NCBI GenBank assembly: GCA_020833025.1 | Contig: JAJHRB010000015.1 | Location: 1-27,282 of the forward strand | DNA: 27,282 nt | Direction: 5' to 3' | Origin: Thermoproteaceae archaeon | Lineage (GTDB): Archaea; Thermoproteota; Thermoprotei; Thermoproteales; Thermoproteaceae | Part shown: one piece after another, positions 7,651 through 17,417 of the stretch | How the letters are laid out: each line of letters opens with the position of its first letter | Position numbering within the stretch: the first letter of the stretch is position 1 | Notes under the pieces: model-generated | The model's database searches: none | What the model was told of the DNA's origin: nothing | Seen by the model: only the letters and a program-made list of their open reading frames with translations | Made by a program: the position numbers and the translations under genes

Positions 7651-9549
7651 GTGGACCCCCTCAAGCCCGCGCATGAGGAGTTCCTGCGCCTCGTCGCCGG
7701 CGTCGCGCGGGAGTTGGGGATTCGCGAGCTGCCTGAAATCGAGAGGACGAGGCATCAGGGATTTGGGTTCTTCACTGCGAGGTTCCACAAGTACAGGGTC
7801 GGCCAGAGACAGCTTGAGGAGACCGTCAGGCGCGTGCAGGGCTCCTACGAGTACCTCTCGGGCGTCTCTGTGAGCGGGCTCTACCTCAACGCCGACCTCA
7901 ACGTGAGGAGAGTTGCCGAGCTCACGCTCAGCGCGGCGCTGAGATTGGGGAGCAGGTACGGCTACACCGACGAGTGCAGGGCGGGCTCGTTTCTCATAGA
8001 GCACACGTCGGCAAATCCGGTGCACCCACTGCACGTAGGGCACGGGAGAAATGCCGCGCTCGGCGACTCGCTAGCCAGGCTGCTGAGATTCTGCGGGAAC
8101 AGGGTCGAGACGCACTTCTATGTTAACGACTGCGGCGCTCAGGTCATGTACGCCGCGCTCGGGTACTCCGCGCTCAAGGCTGGAATAGAAGAGCGCGCCA
8201 GGAGGCAGAAACCCGACGCGGTGATAGGCCTGGTGTACTCCGCCGTTAACGCAATTGCCGAGATAAACAAGCTCAAGAAAGAGCTGGAGAGAGAGCAGGA
8301 TGATGAGAGAAAGCGAGAGATAATTAGAGAGATTGACGAGTGGGTGTCCGTGCTGAGGCGGCTCATGGACGCAGACAGAGATCTCGTCGGCAAGCTAGTG
8401 GAGACTCTGGGGAGGAGGGACGTCGCCAGCGAGGCGGCCGAGCTGAACAAGAGGTACGAGGCAGGAGATCCCGAGGTCAGGAAAGTCGTGAGGGAGGTCG
8501 TAGAGCTCGTTCTGGCAGGCCAGCGGGCTACTCTGGCAAAGCTGGGCGTGGAGATAGATCACTGGGACTACGAGAGCGAGATAGCCGTGTGGTCCGGCGA
8601 GGCTTCCCGCGTGGTATCAGAGCTGTGCAGAAGGTGGCCGCAGTATATCGAGCGCCGCGACGGCGCGGTCGTGTTCCGGGCGGATAGATTCGTGGAGGAT
8701 CTCGGCCTGCGCGAGGCGCTCGACCTGCCGAAGTTCATACCTCCCGTCACGCTGATGAGATCCGACGGAACCACGCTTTACGTAACAAGAGACGTGGCAT
8801 ACGCCCTCTGGCAGGCCCGTAGGGGCTTTGACAGAGTCATCCGGGTCATCTCGTCGGAGCAAACACACGAACAGGCGCACGTGAAGATCTTGCTCCACGC
8901 ACTCGGCTGCGCAGAGGAGACCCGCAAGATCGTGCACTATACTTACGAGATGGTGAGCCTGCCGGGAGTCAAGATGTCGGCAAGGCGGGGACAGTACGTG
9001 ACCCTGGACAGCATAATAGAGGACGCCTCAAGCCGCTCTGCCGAGCTGGCCAGAGGGAGGGACTCGAAGATCGCAGAGGAGGCGGCTGAGGGAGTGGGCG
9101 TGGGCTCCGTGAGGTATGCATTCCTCTCGGCGAGCCCGAGAAAGCCCGTGGAGTTCAGGTGGGAGGTTGTGCTTGATATACGCCAGAACTCGGGGCCTTT
9201 CTTGCAGTACACGTACGTCAGGGCGCGCTCGATACTAGAGAAGGCCGCGGGAATTGACGGGAATATTGTTATTCCTGATGAGATGCTCCAGGAGGAGCGC
9301 GAAATTTTAATGAAAGTTGCAGAGTGGCCAAGCGTCGTGAGGAGGGCAGCTGCATCACTGCGCCCGGATTATATTGCGGAGTTTCTCAACGGTCTGTCGC
9401 TGCTGTTCAATAGTTATTACGAGAAGGCGCCCGTGCTGAAGGCAGAGGAGCCCGTGCGCAGCTTCAGACTGGCCCTAGTCTATGCGGTGAAGTCAGTCCT
9501 CGAGGCAGGATTTTACATACTCGGAATACCGGCCGTTGCGAGGATGTAA
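7651..9549 (+). CDS. argS: Arginyl-tRNA synthetase
   Basis: EHTSANPVHPLHVGH (HIGH), KMSARRG, NSGPFLQY, C-terminal anticodon domain. Confidence 0.97.
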   Translation: MDPLKPAHEEFLRLVAGVARELGIRELPEIERTRHQGFGFFTARFHKYRVGQRQLEETVRRVQGSYEYLSGVSVSGLYLNADLNVRRVAELTLSAALRLGSRYGYTDECRAGSFLIEHTSANPVHPLHVGHGRNAALGDSLARLLRFCGNRVETHFYVNDCGAQVMYAALGYSALKAGIEERARRQKPDAVIGLVYSAVNAIAEINKLKKELEREQDDERKREIIREIDEWVSVLRRLMDADRDLVGKLVETLGRRDVASEAAELNKRYEAGDPEVRKVVREVVELVLAGQRATLAKLGVEIDHWDYESEIAVWSGEASRVVSELCRRWPQYIERRDGAVVFRADRFVEDLGLREALDLPKFIPPVTLMRSDGTTLYVTRDVAYALWQARRGFDRVIRVISSEQTHEQAHVKILLHALGCAEETRKIVHYTYEMVSLPGVKMSARRGQYVTLDSIIEDASSRSAELARGRDSKIAEEAAEGVGVGSVRYAFLSASPRKPVEFRWEVVLDIRQNSGPFLQYTYVRARSILEKAAGIDGNIVIPDEMLQEEREILMKVAEWPSVVRRAAASLRPDYIAEFLNGLSLLFNSYYEKAPVLKAEEPVRSFRLALVYAVKSVLEAGFYILGIPAVARM

Positions 9550-9592
9550 GACCATGCAGAGACACGCCGGCCGCGTACCAAAACCCGGCGCT

Positions 9593-9955
9593 TTAAGTCT
9601 CGGGGGACCCCTCGTCTACGAGAATGTTATCCTCCTTGAACCCCATTTCCGTCAGCAGCTTTCTTACTTTATGTCTGTGATCTCCCTGGATCTCTATTCT
9701 GCCGTCTCTTGTAGTGCCCCCTGCTGCTAGTCTCTTCTTCAGCTCCCTCGCAAGTCCCTTTATGTCTAAGCGCTTCGTGTCTCTTGCGTCTGCGAAGTCA
9801 ATTATGGTCACATAATGCCCTCTCCTATTCTCGAGCCTTACTCTTATTAGAACCTTCTCCTTTGCAATTGTCTGCACGAACTCGTCACTGCCTGCCTCGC
9901 CGAGGAGTTTGCTTATTATATCCTCGGCGTCTTGGCCGGGTAAATTTGCGCCCAT
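9593..9955 (-). CDS. sui1: Translation initiation factor aIF1 (SUI1); ATG 9955 fits the TATA at 9978-9985
   Basis: [25 protein letters not shown]. Confidence 0.92.
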   Translation of the reverse strand: MGANLPGQDAEDIISKLLGEAGSDEFVQTIAKEKVLIRVRLENRRGHYVTIIDFADARDTKRLDIKGLARELKKRLAAGGTTRDGRIEIQGDHRHKVRKLLTEMGFKEDNILVDEGSPET

Positions 9956-9976
9956 TCTCTCTGTCTTTGCGCCCAC

Positions 9977-10395
9977 TTATTTAAGCCTTGTTCTCCGTGC
10001 GCATGTCCGGCACGTGCAAGCTCGTCGAGCGGTACTGCCTCCGGGCCGATGCCGGCGCGAGCCGAGCTCACGCGTTGAACTCCTAGGCACTAGGCGCACT
10101 ATAATGCTCTGGAGCAGCCCGCCGGTATTACTTTGTCTATGTGACTCTACAATGCCTCTCTTCTCCGTGAGCGCGAGCTCAACAGGCTCTATCGCAATGT
10201 ACGGTGCTGCCTGAACGCCGAGGGGCCTTAGGTGAGCCTTGTAAATGCACCGGAACTTCAGCGCCGCGATGTAATTATGTAGCCGGCGCTGAACTCACCG
10301 CTTCCGTCAACGAGCACGACGTAGGTCTCTCACGGCAGGGCTACGCCCTCCACCGCGATTCCCTCGATTGCGTACATGTACTCCGGCGTTAGCTC
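9977..10395 (-). pseudogene. Possible degraded ORF, unknown family
   Basis: Protein-like ELTPEYMYAIEGIAVEGVALP*ETYVVLVDGSGEFSAGYII with in-frame TGA at 10330-10332, then a frame change to LKFRCIYKAHLRPLGVQAAPYIAIEPVEL. Confidence 0.35.
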
Positions 10396-10512
10396 AATAC
10401 ATTACTTCTGTCTGACAGTCCACGGCAAGTAAAGCGCTGAGACTCGTACGTGCCGCCGCGGCCCTCCTCGCACGGTATTTCTGCACCAGCTCCAGAGTCC
10501 TTCCCCGCACCG

Positions 10513-10623
10513 CTAAAAGACGGCGAGAACGTGTACGAGGAGGCGGCAGAGTACGACTACGAGGCCGTCTGGATCTTCCCGCAGAACGCGCAGATAGTCG
10601 ACTGGCACTTCAGCGGCGCTGTC
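10513..10623 (+). pseudogene. Fragment of a hypothetical protein gene
   Basis: Island LKDGENVYEEAAEYDYEAVWIFPQNAQIVDWHFSGAV inside an otherwise low-complexity ORF (10450-10851). Confidence 0.4.
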
Positions 10624-10916
10624 GGGCGGGAGCGAGTAGTGAGGCGCGGCTTGCTGAGGCCGGACGTCAGCAGGCTTAAGAGGCTCCAGCGAGAGAATTT
10701 ACTGCGATACGGCTCTCAAATTTTTATTAACTCCATTGCCCAGCCGCCGCATGGAGAGGCCGCTGCCCAGCTGCATTGCCGCCCACAGGCCGCCCCGGCG
10801 CCGTCGCGCCACACGCTCTGCCCCGCCGCCGAGCCTCAGGAACGCCGATAGGCCTCCCGGGGCCTCCCGCTCCCGGGGGACGGCGGGGAGATAGGGAGGG
10901 CATGCATGCCAGCACC

Positions 10917-11768
10917 ATGCCAGCAAGAGTCGTCAAGCTCGTGCAGCAGCCGAGAAGCCCCGGGGAGATAGGCTTTGACGAATTTCCGAGAGTCGGGATA
11001 ATAGGAGGGAGTGGCCTCTACGACCCCGGCGTCTTCGAGGACGCGGTCGAGGTCCAGATACACACACCGTACGGCTTCCCCTCTGACAACGTGGTGGTGG
11101 GCCGCGTCTCGGGTCGAGTCGTTGCGTTCCTGCCCAGGCACGGCAGGGGGCACAAGTACCCGCCGCACAAAGTGCCCTACAGGGCTAACGTCTACGCGCT
11201 TTACACTCTAGGAGTGAGGTCGGTAATATCAGTCAGCGCCGTGGGGTCGCTGAGGCCGGACTACGCGCCGGGAGACTTCGTGATCCCCGATCAGTTTATC
11301 GACATGACCCGGGGGCGCGAGTATACTTTTTACGACGGCCCGCGGACGTGCCACATTCAGATAGGCCTCGAGCCATTCACCGAGGAGATACGCGCCGCGC
11401 TCATAGAGACAGCGCGTAAGTACAACAAGACGCACGAGAGGGGGTGTTACGTGTGCATAGAGGGGCCGCGCTTCAGTACAAAGGCAGAGTCGCGAGTGTG
11501 GCGCGAGGTTTTCGGCTGCGACATTATAGGCATGACCCTAGTGCCGGAGATAAACCTGGCGAGAGAGCTCGGCATGTGCTACGGGATGCTGGCCCTGATA
11601 ACGGACTACGACATCTGGGTGCCCCACCAGCCCGTAACCGCCGAGATGGTCGAGAGGATGATGGCAGAGAAGATGGAGCTCGTGAGGAAGGTGATAGTCG
11701 AGGCCGTCCCCAAGGTCCCGCCGGAGATCCCGAAGTGCGCCGAGATATTACGGCAGGCGTGTATCTGA
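10917..11768 (+). CDS. mtnP: 5'-methylthioadenosine phosphorylase (start 10902 or 10917; ORF track 10776 is over-extended)
   Basis: [45 protein letters not shown]. Confidence 0.95.
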   Translation: MPARVVKLVQQPRSPGEIGFDEFPRVGIIGGSGLYDPGVFEDAVEVQIHTPYGFPSDNVVVGRVSGRVVAFLPRHGRGHKYPPHKVPYRANVYALYTLGVRSVISVSAVGSLRPDYAPGDFVIPDQFIDMTRGREYTFYDGPRTCHIQIGLEPFTEEIRAALIETARKYNKTHERGCYVCIEGPRFSTKAESRVWREVFGCDIIGMTLVPEINLARELGMCYGMLALITDYDIWVPHQPVTAEMVERMMAEKMELVRKVIVEAVPKVPPEIPKCAEILRQACI

Positions 11769-11821
11769 ACGACACGCCGCTTGCCAGCGGCAAGCATTTA
11801 TAGACTCGCGCACGGCGCTCC

Positions 11822-12220
11822 GTGACAACCAGATACGCCGAGGTCGGGGAGCTGAAGGAGGGGTCTTACATCGTGATAGACGGGGAGCCGTGCCGCGTCG
11901 TGGAGATAGAGAAGTCAAAAACCGGGAAGCACGGCAGCGCAAAGGCACGCATCGTGGCAATGGGCATATTCGACGGAGTCAAGAGAACCGTGAGCCTCCC
12001 GGTGGACGCGCAAGTCGAGGTCCCGGTAATTGAGAAGTTCACGGCCCAGGTGCTCTCCATTGCTAGCGACTTCGTGCAGGTGATGGACATGAGGAATTAC
12101 AGGACGGTAGAGGTGCCGGTTAAGCACGTGGAGGAGGAGGCCAGGAAGGGGCTTGCGCCCGGCGTGGAGGTCGAAGTCTGGCAGATAATGGATCGTCACA
12201 AGATAATACGGGTAAAGTAA
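11822..12220 (+). CDS. eif5a: Translation factor aIF5A
   Basis: [11 protein letters not shown] hypusine motif; TATA CATTTATA at 11795-11802. Confidence 0.97.
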   Translation: MTTRYAEVGELKEGSYIVIDGEPCRVVEIEKSKTGKHGSAKARIVAMGIFDGVKRTVSLPVDAQVEVPVIEKFTAQVLSIASDFVQVMDMRNYRTVEVPVKHVEEEARKGLAPGVEVEVWQIMDRHKIIRVK

Positions 12221-12230
12221 TTGATAGCTT

Positions 12231-12824
12231 CTAGTCCTTCTGGCCTGCCGCGGGGGGCGGCGTCACAAACATGTAGTACGGATCCTCCCCCGCGAGCTCC
12301 CTCAATACCCTGTCGACTAGCAGCTCCACGAGGTCTATCCCTACTCTCTGCTTCACATCCTCGAAACTCGCGAAATGCCTCTTTCTTCTCTCCTCAATAA
12401 TTTCTTGCAGCTTTTTCTTGCCGATGCCCCGCAAGAGCTCCAGGCTGTGGAGCTTCAGCGTCAGGGGGCCTGCCTGGTTGATCCATCTCACGAAGCGCTG
12501 TTCTTGCTTCTGCACGAGCACTCTCAGGACCGCGCGTAGGTTCTCCCTGCCCTGCGGCTGCAAGTCGCCGTAGCCTATCCTCCTGACTATCTTGCCGACC
12601 TTGTCCCTGACGCCTAGGCCGATGTAAACGCGCTCTCCTATCTCAACGGAAGCGCCCTCCTTTAGAGTAACCTCGAGGAGCGTGAAGTACTCCTCGCCGA
12701 TGAGGTGCGCGTAGGCCGCGTCGTGCGGGAACCTCTGCCTGATTTTCGGCGGGAGTCTGTACACAGCGACCTCCGGCGGCAGGATGTCGATTACGTAAGC
12801 GTACTCCTCTTTCCTGCCCTTCAT
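12231..12824 (-). CDS. DUF655 predicted nucleic-acid-binding protein
   Basis: IGEEYFTLLE, HSLELLRGIGKK HhH, EERRKRHFASFED; follows rpo4. Confidence 0.88.
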   Translation of the reverse strand: MKGRKEEYAYVIDILPPEVAVYRLPPKIRQRFPHDAAYAHLIGEEYFTLLEVTLKEGASVEIGERVYIGLGVRDKVGKIVRRIGYGDLQPQGRENLRAVLRVLVQKQEQRFVRWINQAGPLTLKLHSLELLRGIGKKKLQEIIEERRKRHFASFEDVKQRVGIDLVELLVDRVLRELAGEDPYYMFVTPPPAAGQKD

Positions 12825-13159
12825 TGTCCTCTCACCAGGCTTTCAAATATCTCTTTCAGCTCGCTATCGGAGTACTCGCGCCTCTCTAAGTACGACAGTA
12901 ATAATCTTAGCTCGCTCGCGCTATTAATGGACAGATTCACCAGCTGTATTGCCGTAATTTTTGCAAACCCGAACTTGTCGACGAGTTTCCTGACCAGCTC
13001 CTCCGCCTCCCCGGGATTGCGTTTTGTCACCTTCTCGAGGTAGTCTAGAGTCTTCCTCTGGTCTTCTGAGAGCTGCCTTATTGCTGCTAGGTCTCTGAGT
13101 ATTTTCAGCGCCTGAGCGTTTGTAATGTCCTCTATCTTGCGAATTCTCCTTGCACTCAC
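12821..13159 (-). CDS. rpoF: RNA polymerase subunit Rpo4 (F)
   Basis: ITNAQALKIL, QRKTLDYLEK, TAIQLVNL, ELRLLL pattern; next to DUF655 and rpl21e. Confidence 0.85.
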   Translation of the reverse strand: MSARRIRKIEDITNAQALKILRDLAAIRQLSEDQRKTLDYLEKVTKRNPGEAEELVRKLVDKFGFAKITAIQLVNLSINSASELRLLLSYLERREYSDSELKEIFESLVRGQ

Positions 13160-13267
13160 TCTTGCGGCCTTTCTGTGCAGTTATATAACCTGTACGCCTC
13201 GCAATCGCACACGCCGCGCCCTGGTCGTGGTACATAGCCTTTTTAATAGCGCCCCTGAGGTGGCGAC

Positions 13268-13615
13268 GTGGTCAAGAGGACGCACGGCTATCGCTATAAG
13301 TGCAGGAAGCTGCTCAGGAAGAAGCCGAGGAGGCGGGGCATGCCCGGTCTCTCGCGCATTCTTCACGAGTACAGGCCTGGCGACAATGTCGTCATCGACA
13401 TAGACCCAACGTACATCACTACGGCGCCCCACAGGCGGTATCAGGGCAGGGTGGGGACGGTGATTGGTGTCAGGGGGAGGGCATATCTAGTGGAGGTCTT
13501 CCTCGGGAGTAAAAGAAAAATTGTAATCACGACGCCGGAGCACTTGAGGCCGCATGGGGCGGCCAGCAGCCCGGAGGGAGGCCGCGGGTGCAGCACAAGC
13601 ACGCTAGGGCGGTAG
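13268..13615 (+). CDS. rpl21e: 50S ribosomal protein L21e
   Basis: RTHGYRYKCRKLLRKKPR, PHRRYQGRVG, PEHLRP. Confidence 0.95.
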   Translation: MVKRTHGYRYKCRKLLRKKPRRRGMPGLSRILHEYRPGDNVVIDIDPTYITTAPHRRYQGRVGTVIGVRGRAYLVEVFLGSKRKIVITTPEHLRPHGAASSPEGGRGCSTSTLGR

Positions 13616-14353
13616 TTGAAAGTCCTCGCCTCCTGTGTAGTGCAACTGGATGTGGTAATACAGCGCGTCAAGCCCCCTGCCCGTCTTGGCGGAGATGAAT
13701 ATCGGCCGCACAACTCCGCCCATGCTGGCCGTATATCTAACAATTTCTTTTTCGTACTGTGGCACGTCAAGTGACTCTATGAGGGTCTCCGGGTTCTCGG
13801 CCCAGTTAGCGATATTATTTATCACATCTTCTGGAACCAGATCTATTTTATTTACCGCAAATATCTGCGGCCTCTTGAATCTTATCCTGCTCGAGAGGGC
13901 GAGCAGCATGGAGGTCGCAAACCCGTCAACTGACTGCGCGTACACTGCATCCGCCACGTATACTGTAAGTGCGTGAACGTCAGACAACTTCTGGACCAAG
14001 TACGCCCCACTCTGCCGGAACGCGAAGAGCTCCATCTGCCCGGGAGTGTCTATCAGGTACATCGGCGCACCGAGGGCTTCCATCTCCTCCTTTATCCTAT
14101 CGGCCTCTGCTATGGCCATGTCGACCGCGGCTATTATCGATGCGTTCGGCCCCAGCTTGAACTCCTTCATGAGCTTCCTCGCGCTCACGCGGCTTCTTAC
14201 GTCGATGTCGGGAGCGTATGGCAGGTACTCCGCGGCGGGATCGAGATTCACGATGCCGACATCAAATCCCTGATTTTCTAGCCACGCGGAGAGTGCGGCA
14301 ACTAGAGTGGACTTGCCCGATCCTGCAGTGCCTATGAAAAATATCGTGTACAT
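13604..14353 (-). CDS. GPN-loop GTPase
   Basis: GTAGSGKST, NLDPAAEYLPY, LGPN, DTPGQME, NKID, SAK. Confidence 0.93.
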   Translation of the reverse strand: MYTIFFIGTAGSGKSTLVAALSAWLENQGFDVGIVNLDPAAEYLPYAPDIDVRSRVSARKLMKEFKLGPNASIIAAVDMAIAEADRIKEEMEALGAPMYLIDTPGQMELFAFRQSGAYLVQKLSDVHALTVYVADAVYAQSVDGFATSMLLALSSRIRFKRPQIFAVNKIDLVPEDVINNIANWAENPETLIESLDVPQYEKEIVRYTASMGGVVRPIFISAKTGRGLDALYYHIQLHYTGGEDFQLPP

Positions 14354-14431
14354 TGACAGAATGTCACCAGAAGCTTACGACAGATTTTAATTTACACATT
14401 GTCACAAATTGCAAGAATGCCTTGAAGTGCC

Positions 14432-14734
14432 TCAAGTGCCGGCACGCCCCCTCCGCCTCAGGATCTCCTCGGCTACTTTCAGGGCCAGCGCGCGCTTGCT
14501 CTCGCCTGTCTCCACTACGACATAGCCGCGCAGCGACTCGTCAAACCACAGCGCCGGGTGCCTCTTGTCGGGAAATACCTGGTACTTGTACCCGAGACTA
14601 TCGAGCGCGCCGACTACCTCCTCAAGCGTCGGCTTGTCCACTGCCCTGCCTCTTGGTATTATCCTGCCGCGCGAGCGCGCCACCGAGGCGCTGATGGAAG
14701 CCAGCCAGAGTACCCTGCCCCCCCGCCTCTTCAT
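14432..14734 (-). CDS. srp19: Signal recognition particle protein SRP19 (ATG 14734 overlaps the rps8e stop)
   Basis: [29 protein letters not shown]...VAEEI. Confidence 0.9.
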   Translation of the reverse strand: MKRRGGRVLWLASISASVARSRGRIIPRGRAVDKPTLEEVVGALDSLGYKYQVFPDKRHPALWFDESLRGYVVVETGESKRALALKVAEEILRRRGRAGT

Positions 14735-15132
14735 TGCTCGACAAGCACCGCGTTCACCACCCCGTCCTGGCTCGGCCTTGATGTCACGACGGCCTTGCCG
14801 ATTTCGGTCTGTATGATTGCGCCCTTGACTATAACGCCGCGGCGCGCGAGCTCGGGATTCGGCGGCGTGGACGCCACGGAAAGTATCTTTACCCTCGCGC
14901 AGCGCCGCTCTCGTGAGATGCAAACATTTGCGTACTTCGCGGTTCTGAGCTTTACTTTGCCGCTCCCGCCTCTCGCCCTCTCTACAACTCTGGCGTCAGT
15001 CTCGCCAAGTGCGGTCATTCTCGGAGGGCCTCCGCACAGCGCCTTTCTCCTGACCCTCCCGACCCTTCCCTTCTTGCCGCCGCTTGGCCTCTTTAAATCG
15101 CTGCCCTTGTAGTACGCGCAAGACCTAGCCAC
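14731..15132 (-). CDS. rps8e: 30S ribosomal protein S8e
   Basis: [38 protein letters not shown]. Confidence 0.96.
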   Translation of the reverse strand: MARSCAYYKGSDLKRPSGGKKGRVGRVRRKALCGGPPRMTALGETDARVVERARGGSGKVKLRTAKYANVCISRERRCARVKILSVASTPPNPELARRGVIVKGAIIQTEIGKAVVTSRPSQDGVVNAVLVEQ

Positions 15133-15241
15133 GCAGACCTCGTAACAGCCGCTTTAAATTATTAGCCTGCCCAACTCCCACTGCCGTAATATTTGCATTA
15201 TGACCGCTAAGGCTTATTAGACGGCGCACCGGAACTCTCCT

Positions 15242-15487
15242 GTGAGACGAATAGGCCGCGCTCTTCACTACACGCGAATGGGCAACCTCGTAGTCCGGCT
15301 CTACGCCGTGCCGCCTCTCTACGTCAATGTATATACATACACTATGAAGAGAATTGGAGTGCTCTACGACGTTGTAGGGAGCGTGAATAGCCCGTACGGG
15401 CTTGTGAGACCCGCGGGGCGCGACGAGTCGATACTCGGGCAGCCGGTCTATGCCAGGCTTCACGATCTCGAGAGGAGGGAGAGATGA
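15242..15487 (+). CDS. gar1: H/ACA RNP component Gar1
   Basis: IG.LYDVVGSVNSPYGLVRP; directly upstream of tfb. Confidence 0.85.
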   Translation: MRRIGRALHYTRMGNLVVRLYAVPPLYVNVYTYTMKRIGVLYDVVGSVNSPYGLVRPAGRDESILGQPVYARLHDLERRER

Positions 15488-16380
15488 CCAGGCAGCTACT
15501 CTTCGAGGTCGAGGAGCGCCGCTGTCCTGCCTGCAGATCTGCCGGCAGTCTAGTAGTGGATTACGAGCGCGGCCAAGTCATCTGCAGGAATTGCGGGACT
15601 GTAATTCGTGACAGTGTTGTAGACCTAGGCCCTGAGTGGAGGAAGCCAGAGTCGTCCAGGGCGTGCGCGGGGCCTATAGGCTCGTCGTTGGGAGAAGTCG
15701 AATCGGGCGCCGCCAAGATAGGCGACAGGCTGCGGAGCATCAGTATAAAGAAATTTGCGAGACCCATGTCAACGCCGTCGGAGCGCGCGGAGGCCGGCAT
15801 TAGGGAGTTCCTCGAGACAGCCCGGCAGAAGCTGAACGTTCCGAAGGTGGTGATCGAGGAGACTATAATGCTGTACAGGAGACTGTACGAGGCGGGGTAC
15901 AGAGTGCCGAGAGTCGAGGGGTACGCGGCTGTGCTATACTTCGTCGCCAAGAAGTACGGCATCGCCGCGGTCACGCTGAAAGACCTAATAGAGAGACTCG
16001 GAGTTGACAAGTCGGTATTTATGTCCGCATACATGGAGCTCATGAGTCTCGCAGGCAGGCTGGGAATCAAGCCACCGCGCGTCGACCCGAAAATCTACAT
16101 ACCCAAAATAGTCTCCGCGCTGAACTTAAGTGACGAGAAGTCGGCGGAAGTCCAGCGAGCCGCCGTTACCCTACTAGAGCGCATTCTCTTCCTGCCGCGG
16201 CTGAGAAACGGCAGGAAGCCGCAGATTCTCGCCGCCGCGGCGGTTTACCACACGTGCTACGTGGCCGGCATCGAGGTGACACAAAAGGAGCTCGCCAAGG
16301 CCGCCGACTCTACAGAGGGGTCGCTCCGGGAGCTTCTAAAGGAGCTGGCGGAGAGCATTTACGTGGAAGTCACTATCTAG
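15484..16380 (+). CDS. tfb: Transcription factor B (divergent paralog)
   Basis: CPAC/CRNC Zn ribbon, DLGPEWR, two cyclin repeats, GRKP..LAAAAVY. Confidence 0.9.
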   Translation: MTRQLLFEVEERRCPACRSAGSLVVDYERGQVICRNCGTVIRDSVVDLGPEWRKPESSRACAGPIGSSLGEVESGAAKIGDRLRSISIKKFARPMSTPSERAEAGIREFLETARQKLNVPKVVIEETIMLYRRLYEAGYRVPRVEGYAAVLYFVAKKYGIAAVTLKDLIERLGVDKSVFMSAYMELMSLAGRLGIKPPRVDPKIYIPKIVSALNLSDEKSAEVQRAAVTLLERILFLPRLRNGRKPQILAAAAVYHTCYVAGIEVTQKELAKAADSTEGSLRELLKELAESIYVEVTI

Positions 16381-16422
16381 GCGCGCTGGAAGAGATTTAA
16401 TGACGGGACGCCAGGGCCTGCG

Positions 16423-16854
16423 ATGTCAAGCACGGAGGGCGCCGACGCAGCCCTGACAGAGATAGAGCTGCAAATACTCAAGGGCCTGGAAAGGCTCGGA
16501 GGGGGCTACCAGCAGAGGAATCTCTGGAAGTATATTGGAATAGACAGCAAGACCGGCCTCGCGATACTTGCGAGACTTGAAAAACGGGGCTTTATAACGA
16601 GAGAGAAGGTCGGCAGCGGGAGGCGCGGCGTCTACGTAGTCAAGCTGACCGAGAAGGCATACAGGCTCCTCAGCAAGCTGTGCGAGAGGCCTCAGGAGCC
16701 CGCCACCGCCGACTTCTCGCCGCTTCCGAGCGGGCTGAGAGTACTGCTGTCAGTGCCGTGCACTTACTGTCCCTACTCGGACAGGTGCGGCATTAGCTTC
16801 ATAAGCCCCGTCAACTGCGAGCTGCTAACAAAGTGGTCTCGCCACCTGAGCTAA
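16423..16854 (+). CDS. TFE beta / RPC34-like wHTH protein with C-terminal Fe-S motif
   Basis: wHTH plus PCTYCPYSDRC..SPVNCELLTKW four-Cys motif; next to tfb and gar1. Confidence 0.75.
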   Translation: MSSTEGADAALTEIELQILKGLERLGGGYQQRNLWKYIGIDSKTGLAILARLEKRGFITREKVGSGRRGVYVVKLTEKAYRLLSKLCERPQEPATADFSPLPSGLRVLLSVPCTYCPYSDRCGISFISPVNCELLTKWSRHLS

Positions 16855-17417
16855 TGGGCACCATCAGGGCATTCGTCGCTGTTGACATAAGCGACCCGGG
16901 CGTGGTGGAGAGGATAGCGGGCGTGCAGGCCGAGATACTGAGGCTAGGGCTTGACGTCAAGCTCGTAGAGCGCGAGAGCCTGCACATAACGCTTAGATTT
17001 CTGGGCGAGATCCCGCAGAGCAGGATAAACAATATCGTGAGGGCGCTGAGCTCGGTAAAGTTCGGCAGATTTCGCATCACGCTCGCGGGGATCGGCGCCT
17101 TCCCCGACGCGTCAAGGCCGCGTGTGGTTTGGATTGGCGTCTCGCAGGGCGCGGGAGAGCTGATCAGGCTGGCCGGAGTGGTGAGAGAGGCAGTGGACAA
17201 GTACGCAGAGCATCAAGAGGGGCGGGAGTTCGTGCCCCACGCAACCATAGGCAGGCTCAAGTCCGGGCGCAATGCGGACAGGCTGAGAGAGGTCATCGCG
17301 CGGTACAGGGACGCAGAGTTCGGCACTGTCCTCGTTGACAGCATCAAGCTCAAGAGGTCAGTGCTGACGCCCAGGGGTCCGGTTTACAGCGACATCTTCG
17401 TGCACCCCCTTGCATGA
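16854..17417 (+). CDS. thpR: RNA 2',3'-cyclic phosphodiesterase (2'-5' ligase family); ATG 16854 in a TAATG overlap
   Basis: RAFVAVD, two HxT motifs (LHITLRF, PHATIG), PRVVWIG. Confidence 0.93.
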   Translation: MGTIRAFVAVDISDPGVVERIAGVQAEILRLGLDVKLVERESLHITLRFLGEIPQSRINNIVRALSSVKFGRFRITLAGIGAFPDASRPRVVWIGVSQGAGELIRLAGVVREAVDKYAEHQEGREFVPHATIGRLKSGRNADRLREVIARYRDAEFGTVLVDSIKLKRSVLTPRGPVYSDIFVHPLA

